The notes under the pieces are model-generated. The model made no database searches. It had not been told where the DNA came from and saw only the letters and a program-made list of their open reading frames with translations. Shown in pieces: positions 1-32,000 of a stretch of DNA of 61,693 nucleotides. The number at the start of each line of letters is the position of its first letter. The stretch's first letter is position 1. Source of the stretch: Pseudonocardia sp. (GTDB taxonomy: Bacteria; Actinomycetota; Actinomycetes; Mycobacteriales; Pseudonocardiaceae); the NCBI GenBank assembly GCA_036272795.1, contig DATAYB010000364.1, forward strand, positions 1 to 61,693. Reading direction: 5' to 3'. The position numbers were made by a program, and so were the translations under genes.

Positions 1-8220
<8,220 letters not shown>

Positions 8221-8289
8221 CCCACCGGCCGGCGAGCCCCCTGCGCGCATCCCGGCCCGGAGAACCCCCAGAACCTGGCACTTCGAGAA

Positions 8290-8327
8290 CTAGGCAATTG
8301 CCGGTCGACCGACGGCTTGACTAGACC
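8290..8327 (+). promoter_or_regulatory. Putative PKS-2 promoter (TTGCCG-N18-TAGACC) with an overlapping imperfect palindrome CTAGGCAATTGCCGGT
   Basis: Lies in the 182-bp, lower-GC intergenic gap. -35-like TTGCCG 8298-8303, -10-like TAGACC 8322-8327. The 16-mer at 8290-8305 matches 12/16 positions of the PAS-LuxR (PimM-type) consensus CTVGGGAWWTCCCBAG. Confidence 0.5.
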
Positions 8328-8402
8328 AAGGTGAGTTGAGGCCCCGCTGTGGGGCGCCCCCTCACCGTCGTATCTTCGCCGACGCGGATGGGCACGGTCT
8401 CG

Positions 8403-23060
<14,658 letters not shown>

Positions 23061-26000
23061 GCCGCGCCCGATGCGGCCGGCCCGGACTCCGAGGGCTCCT
23101 CGGCCGGGACGCGCGCGCCGGTTGTCGCGGGCGGCGTCGCGTGGCTGTTCGGCGCCCGCTCGGCCGCTGCACTGCGCACCACCGCGGGGCGCCTCGCCCC
23201 GCTCGCCGAGCCCGGGCCGGAACATCCCGGGTCCGTCCCTGAGCCGGCCGAGGTGGCTGCCGTACTGGCCGGGCGCGCCCGGATGCCGCATCGCGGCGCG
23301 GTCGTGCTCACCCCCGGCGACGGCGCCGGCCGGCGGCTGCGTGCGGCCGCCGACGCCGAGCCGGACGCCCCGGTCGACGGGGTCGTGCGCGGGTTCGCCG
23401 GCGAGGGCACGCGGCGCCCGGTGTTCGTGTTCCCCGGGCAGGGCGCGCAGTGGGTCGGGATGGGCGCGCGCCTGCTGGAGCACTCGCCCGCGTTCGCCGC
23501 CCGGCTCCAGGAGTGCTCCGACGCACTGGTCGCCGAGATCGGCCTGGACGTGGTCGCCCTGCTGCGCGACGGTGCCGAGCTCGAGCACGTCGACGTCGTC
23601 CAGCCCGCGTCCTGGGCGGTGATGGTCGCGCTGGCCGCGGTGTGGGAGGCCGCGGGCGTCGTCCCGTCGGTAGTGGTCGGGCACTCCCAGGGCGAGATCG
23701 CCGCGGCCGTCGTGGCCGGGGTGCTCTCGGTCGCCGACGGAGCGCGGGTGGTCGCCGGGCGCGCCCGGCTGCTGCGTGGCATCGCCGGTGACGGGGGCAT
23801 GGGCTCGGTGCTGGCCGAGCCCGAGTCGATCCGCGACCGGGTCGAGGCCGCCGGCCTTTCGGTGGCCGGGGTCAACGGGCCCCGCGCCACCGTGGTGTGC
23901 GGGCCCGCCGTGGCGCTCGACGCGCTGCTGGCCGAGCTGGCCGCCGACGGGGTGCGGACCCGGCGGATCGCCGTGGACTACGCCTCGCACTCGCCGGCGG
24001 TCGAGGCCGTGCGCGCGGAGCTGCTCGCCACACTGGCCCCGGTGACGCCGGCCGCACGGACCCGCGAGGGCATCCGCTGGTACTCCACCGTGCGCGGCCG
24101 GGAACTGGCCCCCACCGAGGCCGACGCCACCTACTGGTACGACAACCTGCGCGAGCCGGTCGGCTTCCACGCCGCCATGGCCACCCTGCTCGGCGAGGGG
24201 CACCGGCACGTCATCGAGGTCAGCCCGCACCCGGTGCTGCTGCCCGCGGTGGCCGAGACGGCCGAGGACGCGGGCCTGCCCGAGAGCGGCGCCGGCTCGG
24301 TGGCCATCCTGCCCACCCTGCGCCGCGACGCCGACCGGCCGGCGGAGCTGCTGCTCGGCCTCGCCCAGGCCTGGACCGTCGGCGTCCCGGTCGACCCGGC
24401 CGCGCTCGGCGCCGCCGCGACCCCGGGTGCGCTGCGCCCGGACGCGGTGCCAACCACGGCGTTCGCCCGCTCGCACTACTGGCCGACGCTGGCCGCCCCC
24501 CAGACCGGTGCCGGCACCGACGACGCCCTCTGGGCCGCGCCGCTGTGGGCCGGCGTGGATCACGCCGACGTCGCCGAGGTCGCCGCCGAGCTCGACATCG
24601 ACCCGGAGGCGCCGCTGTCCGAGGTCGTCCCCGCACTCGGGGTCTGGCGCGAGCGCCGCCGCCGAGGCTCGACCGTCGACAGCTGGCGGTACCGGGTCTC
24701 CTGGAGCCCGCTCGCCGAGCCGGCCGCCACCCGCCTCGAGGGCCGCTGGGTGCTGCTGGTGACCGAGGGGACGTCTCCCGAGGTTGCCGCCCCGGTCACG
24801 GGGGCGCTCGGTGACGCAGGCGCCGAGGTCGTCACCGTCACGGTCGACCGCCCCGGACCGGCGGACCCGCACCCCGACGTGCGGGCGCGGCTGGCCGAGC
24901 GCCTCGGCGCGCTCGACCCGGCCCCGCACGGCGTGCTCGCCCTGACCGGGACCGACACCTCACCGGATCCGGACCACCCCGCGACACCGGTCGGGCTGTC
25001 CGCCACGCTGCTCGCCGTCCAGGCCCTCGGCGACGCGCGGGTCACCGCCCCGCTGTGGGTCGCCACCGTCGGCGCGGTCGCCACCGGGCGCTCGGACCGG
25101 GCAGTCAGCGCCGTCCCTGCGCTCGTGCAGGGCTTCGGGCGGGTCGCGATGCTCGAGCACGCCGACCGCGTGGCCGGCCTGCTCGACCTCGGGGCCGACC
25201 TCCTCGGCGCCGGCGGCGCCGTGGAGAGCGCGCTCGACGCCCGGGCGGCCAGGCGGCTGGCCGCGGTGCTCGCCGGTGCGGTGGTCACCGACGGGCAGGC
25301 CGAGGACCAGCTCGCGCTACGCGCCTCCGGCCTGTTCGCCCGCCGGCTCGTACGCGCCGCCCGAGGACCGGGCGCCGCCGCGGTCGAGCAGCCCTTCCGC
25401 CCCCGAGGCACCGTTTTGGTCACCGGCGGCACCGGCGCGCTGGGTGGGCACCTCGCCCGCTGGCTGGCGCGCGGCGGCGCCGAGCACGTCGTGCTCACCA
25501 GCCGCCGAGGCCCGCACGCCCCCGGCGCCGAGGACCTGCGCGCCGAGGTCGAGGCACTCGGCGCCCGGTGCACCATCGCGGCCTGCGACGCCGCTGACCG
25601 CGACGCCGTCGCCGCCCTGCTGGCCCGCATCGACCGGGAGGGCCCTGCGCTGCGCGCCGTCGTGCACGCCGCCGGCGCGCTCGACGACGGTGTCATCGAG
25701 TCCCTCGACGCCGACCGGATGGAGCCGGTACTGCGCGCCAAGGCGGTCGCCGCGACCGTGCTCGACGAGCTGACCCGTGGCCTGGAACTGGACGCGTTCG
25801 TCCTGTTCTCCTCGACCTCGGGCACCATCTCCGGTCCCGGTCTCGGCAACTACGCCCCCGGCAACGCCTTCCTCGACGTGCTGGCGACGATCCGCCGCGA
25901 CGCAGGCGAACCGGTCACGGCCGTGGCGTGGGGCCACTGGGGCGGCCCCGGCGGCATGGGCGAAGGCGCGGTCGGCGAGCGCCTGCGGCGCTTCGGTGTG

Positions 26001-29000
26001 CTCGACATGGAGCCCGAGGACGCACTCGCCGCGCTGCAGGACGCCCTCGACCACGACGAGACCACGGTGTCGGTCACCGCGCTGGACTGGGAGCGCTTCG
26101 CACCCGCCTTCACCTCGGCGCGCCCGAGCCCGCTGATCGCCGACCTCCCGGACGCGTGCCGCGTGCTCGCCGCCGTCGCCGCCGCCGAGGGCACCGGTGA
26201 CGGGGACCGGCCGCGCCTGCTGCGCCACCTCGACGACGTGCCGCGCGAGGACTGGCCGCACGCCATCTCCACCGTGGTGCGCACCTACGTCGCCGCCATC
26301 CTGGGCCACAGCGGCCCCGAGGCCGTCGCCCCGGGCGCCGCGTTCAGCGACCTCGGCGTCGACTCGCTGACCGCGGTGGAGCTGCGCAACAGCCTCTCCA
26401 CCGCCGTCGGGCTGCGCCTGCCCGCGACGCTGGTCTTCGACCACCCGAACCCCAAGGCGCTGACCGAGCTCCTGCACAGCGAGGTCGTCGCCATGGTCGG
26501 CGAGCTCGACGCCGAGCCCGAGACCGGTCCCGCGGTCACCCCGGGAGCCGACCCCGGCACGGGCGGCGGCACGGTCGACGATCCGATCGTGATCGTCGGT
26601 ATGGGCTGCCGCTTCCCCGGCGGGGTGAGCACACCCGAGGCGTTCTGGGCGCTGCTGGCCGCCGGCGGCGACGCGATCGGCGAGTTCCCCGACGACCGGG
26701 GCTGGGACCTCGGGGCGCTCTACAACGCCGACCCCGACAACCCCGGTACCTCCTACGCCCGCACCGGTGGCTTCCTGTCCGGTGTGGGGGAGTTCGACGC
26801 GGCGTTCTTCGGGATCAGCCCGCGCGAGGCACTGGCCATGGACCCGCAGCAGCGGCTGCTGCTGGAGACCTCCTGGGAGGCGCTCGAGCGTGCCGGCATA
26901 GACCCCACCTCGCTGCGCGGCTCGGCGACCGGCGTGTTCGTCGGCACCAACGGCCAGGACTACACCGGCATGCTCGTCGCCTCCGGCGAGGACGTCGGCG
27001 GCTACCTGGGCACCGGCAACGCCGCCTCGGTCGTCTCCGGGCGGGTCGCATACGCGCTGGGCCTGGAGGGGCCGGCGGTCACCGTGGACACCGCGTGCTC
27101 GGCCTCGCTGGTCGCGCTGCACCAGGCGATGGCCGCGCTGCGCAGCGGCGAGTGCACCGTCGCGCTGGCCGGCGGGGTCACCGTGATGTCGACCCCTGGC
27201 CTGTTCCAGGAGTTCAGCCGCCAGCGCGGCCTCGCCCCGGACGGGCGCTGCAAGGCCTTCGCCGACGCGGCCGACGGCGCCGGGTTCTCCGAGGGCGCCG
27301 GCATGCTCGTGGTGGAGCGCCTCTCCACCGCGCGGGCCGCCGGACACCCGGTGCTGGCCGTGGTCCGAGGCTCGGCGGTCAACTCCGACGGCGCCTCCAA
27401 CGGGCTCACCGCGCCGAACGGGCCCTCCCAGCAGCGTGTCATCCGTGCGGCGCTCGCCTCGGCCGGCCTGAACACCGATGACGTCGACGTCGTCGAGGCA
27501 CACGGCACCGGCACCACGCTGGGCGACCCGATCGAGGCGCAGGCGCTGCTGGCGACCTACGGGCGCGACCGCGACCCGGAGAGCCCGCTGCTGCTCGGCG
27601 CGGTCAAGTCCAACGTGGGCCACACCCAGGCCGCGGCCGGCGTGGCCGGGGTGATGAAGGCCGTGCTGGCCATGACCCACGGCCGGGTCCCGGCGACGCT
27701 GCACATCGACCGACCCAGCACCCACGTCGACTGGGAGGCCGGCGCGGTCCGGCTGGTGACCGAGGCCCAGGACTGGCCCGAGCGCGGGCACCCGCGCCGC
27801 GCGGGCGTCTCCGGGTTCGGCATCTCCGGGACCAACGCCCACGTCGTGCTCGAGCACGTCCCCGGCGAGCCGGTCGCCGACCAGGACACCGCGCCCGCGC
27901 ATCCGGACACCGCTGACACCGCGCCCGCGCCCCGTGACGGGGCGTTCGAAGGGCCGGTCCCGCTGCTGGTCTCCGGGCGCACCGCCGCCGGGCGGGCCGC
28001 CCGGGCCGCCGCCCTGGCCGACCTGCTCGAGTCCGACCGGCGCCCGGCCGAGGCGGACGACCTGCCGGTGCTGGCCGCCGCCCTGCGCCACGGGCGCACG
28101 ACCTTCGACCACCGCGGCGTCGTGCTCGCCGCCGACCGGGCCGCCGCTGTGGCGGGCCTGCGCGCCCTCGCCGAGGGCGCCGACGGGACCGACCTCGTCG
28201 TCGGTTCGGTCTCACCAGGTCGCACCGCCGTGCTGTTCTCCGGCCAGGGTGCCCAGCGCGCCGGCATGGGCAGGGAGCTGTACGCCGCCCACGACGCATT
28301 CGCCGAGGCCTTCGACGCCGCGTGCGCCCACCTCGACCCGCACCTCGACCGGCCGCTGCGCGAGATCGTGTTCGCCGAGCCGGGCACCGAGGACGCCGCG
28401 CTCCTCGATCGCACCGGGTGGACCCAGCCGGCACTGTTCGCGGTCGAGCTGGCCCTGTTCCGGCTGCTCGAGTCCTGGGGGCTGCGCCCGGAGGTGCTGC
28501 TGGGGCACTCGATCGGCGAGATCACCGCGGCGCACGTGGCCGGAGTGTTCGACCTCGACGGGGCCGCCCGCCTGGTCGCCGCGCGGGCCACGCTGATGGA
28601 GGCGCTGCCTCCGGGCGGAGCGATGGCCGCCGTCGCGCTCGGCGAGGACGCTGTGACCGCCCTGATCGAGGGCCGGGACGACATCGCCATCGCGGCCGTC
28701 AACGGGCCCACCTCGGTGGTGGTCTCCGGGGCCGGGGACGCGGTCGACGCGGTGGTCGCGGCGGCCAAGGCCGGCGGGCACCGGGTGTCCCGGCTCGCGG
28801 TCAGCCACGCGTTCCACTCCCCGCTGATGGAGCCGATGCTCGACGAGTTCGCCGCCGCGATCGCCGGCATCGAGTTCGCCGCCCCGCGCCGGACCCTGGT
28901 CTCCGCGCTGACCGGGCGGGTGGCGACCGCCGAAGAGCTCACCGACCCGGCGACCTGGGTGCGCCACGTGCGCGCCGAGGTCCGCTTCGCCGACGCGGTG

Positions 29001-32000
29001 GCCTCGGCCGCCGAGCAGGGCGCGACCCGGTTCGTCGAGGTCGGCCCGGACGCCGCGCTGACCCCGCTGGTGGGCGAGTGCCTGGCGGCGGTCGACGTCG
29101 AGCCGGACCTGGTGGTGGCCGCCCGGCGCCGCGACACCGACGAGCTGGTCGGCCTGCTCAGGGCGGTGGCCGCGCTGCACGCCGCCGGGGACGGGATCGA
29201 CCCGGTCGCCGCGCTCGGCGGCGGCACCGAGGCGCCGAGCGTGCCGGCGACCCTGCTCGCGGTGCTGCCGACCTACCCCTTCGCCAGGCGGCGCTACTGG
29301 CCGCGCCCGCCGAGGCTCAGCGGCGACGTGCGCTCGCTCGGGCTCGACTCCGCCGGCCACCCGATGCTCGGCGCGGCCGTGGAGCTACCCGACGGCGGCC
29401 ATCTGGTGACCGGCCGGCTGGCGCTGAGCGCCCACCCGTGGATCGCCGACCACGCGCTGCTGAGCGGGGCGGGCGACGGGTCCACCGTCGTCATCCTGCC
29501 CGGCACCGGCTTCCTGGAGCTCGCCATGGCCGCGGGGTTCAGCGCCGCCGGCCCGGACACCGCGGTCGCCGAGATGACCATCGCCGCCCCGATCGTGCTG
29601 ACCCGCGACAACGCGGTGAACCTGCGGATCCACGTCGGTGCGCCCGCCGCCGCCGACGGCGCCCGCCCGCTGGAGATCCGAGGCCGCCTGGAGGGCGACC
29701 CAGAGGCCGGGTGGACGCTGCACGCCAGTGGCTTCCTCTCTCCCGCTCCGGCCGCGCCCGGCCAGGACACCGGGGCAGCCGACCTCGCCGGCGTCTGGCC
29801 CCCGCCCGGTGCCGAGGAGACCGACGTCAGCGACTTCTACGCCCGCTTCGCCGAGCAGGGCTTCGTCTACGGGCCGGCCTTCATCGGCCTGCGGCGGGTC
29901 TGGCTGCGCCCGCGCGGGGAGGTCGACGGGCAGCAGGTCGGCCCCGAGGTGTTCGCCGAGGTCGCGCTGCCCGATTCGGTGGCCGACTCGGCCGCCGAGA
30001 TGGGCGTGCACCCGGCCCTGCTCGACGGCGCGCTGCAGACGATGATGTTCGCGGGTCTCGGCGAGACCGAGACCGGGCGCCTGCCCTTCGCCTGGACGGG
30101 CGTCCGCCTGCACGCGAGCGGTGCCCGCCGGCTGCGCAGCCGGATGGTGGCGACCGGGCCCGAGTCGGTGTCGCTGACCGTCGCCGACCCGACCGGTGCG
30201 CTCGTGCTGACCAGCGAGGAGCTGGTCCTGCGCTCGGTCGGCTCGGTGGCCGCATCGGCCCCGGTCGACCCGGCGGTCCGCGCGGCCCGCGCCTCGGTGC
30301 TGCGCTGGGCGTGGCGCGAGCGGACCCCGGCCGGAACCGCTGAGGGCACGCCGACGGTGCTGCGGGTGCCGCCTGCCATCAACCCCGCCATCAAGCCGGC
30401 CACCGACGCCACTCCCGGCGCCACTCCCGACGCCGAGGGGGTCACCCGCGTGGTCGCTGACCTGCTCACGCCGCTACGGGACTGGCTGGCCACGGACGAC
30501 GGCACCGGACCGGCGCTGGTGGTGACCACCGTCGGGGCCGTCGGCCCCGATGCGGAGCCGACGGCGGCCGCCGCCGCCGGGCTGGTGCGTTCGGCCCAGG
30601 CGGAGAACCCGGGCCGCATCGTGCTCGTCGACACCGACGGCCCCGACCTGCCCGACGCGCTCGCCGCGTCCCTGGCCGCCGACCCCGGCGAGCCGCAATG
30701 GACCTGGCACGCCGGAGCCGGAGAGGACAACACCGGCGTCACCCGGGTCGCCCGGCTGGTGCCGGCGGCCACCGGGCCCGCAGGGTCCTCCCCTGAGCCC
30801 GGCAGTGCCCTGGTACCCCCGCCGCTGCCGTCCGGGCAGACCGGGGCATGGCGCCTGGAGCGCTCCGCCAACAGGGCCGCCAACAGGGCCGCCAACAGGG
30901 CCGCCAACACATCGGCGAAAGGGTCGGCCGCCGGCTCGGCCGGTCCCGACGCGCTGGTCCTGGCCCCGGCCCCGGCCGCTGCCGGCGAGCCCGGGCCGGG
31001 CGAGGTGCGCCTGGCCGTACGTGCGGCCGGGCTGGACGCGAGCGACCTGCTCGCGGCCCCGACCGAGGACACCGGCGCGACCACACCGCTGGGCCGCACC
31101 GTCGCGGGCATCGTGCTCGCCGTCGGGGAGGGCGTCGAAGAGCCCGCGGTCGGCGACCGGGTGGTCGGCGCCGTCCCCGCGGCGGTGGGCCCGCTGGCCC
31201 GCGTCGAGGCCCGGGCGCTCGTGGCGATGCCGGCTGGCGGGGACTTCGCCGCCTCGGCGGCCGCCGCGCTGACCGGGCCGTCCGGGACACCGGTGACCTG
31301 GGACGTCCGGCGGGCCCGCGCCGCCGCCCGTGCCCTTTCCGAGTCCGGGGGCACCGGCCCGGTGGTCCTCACCGTTGCGCCCGCGCTCGACCCGGCCGGG
31401 ACCGTGCTCATCACCGGCGGCACCGGTGGGCTCGGGGCCGAGCTCGCCCGCCACCTGGTCGACGACCTCGGCGTGCGCAGCCTGGTGCTGTCCTCGCGCC
31501 GCGGTCCGGACGCGCCCGGCGCGGCCGAGCTGGTCGAGGAGCTGACCTCGGCAGGCGCGCGGGTGCAGGTACTGGCGGCCGACGTCACCGACCGGACCGC
31601 GGTGGGCGCGCTGGTCGCCGCCGCCCCCTCGGACGCGCCGCTGACCGCGGTGGTGCATACCGCCGGGGTACTCGCCGACGGAGTCCTCAGTTCCCAGGAC
31701 GCCGACGGGATCGCCCGGGTGCTCGGCCCCAAGCTCGACGGGGCGCGGCACCTCGCCGACGCCGTCCTCGCCGCCGGTGCCGAGCTCGCCGCGTTCGTCC
31801 TCTACTCCTCGATCGCGGGCACGCTGGGCTCGGCCGGCCAGGCCAACTACGCCGCGGCGAACGCGGCGCTGGACGCCCTCGCCGTGCGCCTGCGGGCACA
31901 GGGGCTGCCGGCCCAGTCGCTGGCGTGGGGTCCGTGGGTGCCCACCGGCGGCATGACCGCCACGCTCGACGAGGCCGGGCGGGCCCGGATCGGCGCCGGC

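Noticed and set aside
30865-30909. Short repeats as a CRISPR array or mobile-element ends
   Set aside because: They are contiguous in-frame coding repeats without spacers; no cas, transposase, integrase, tRNA or rRNA sequence was recognised in the window
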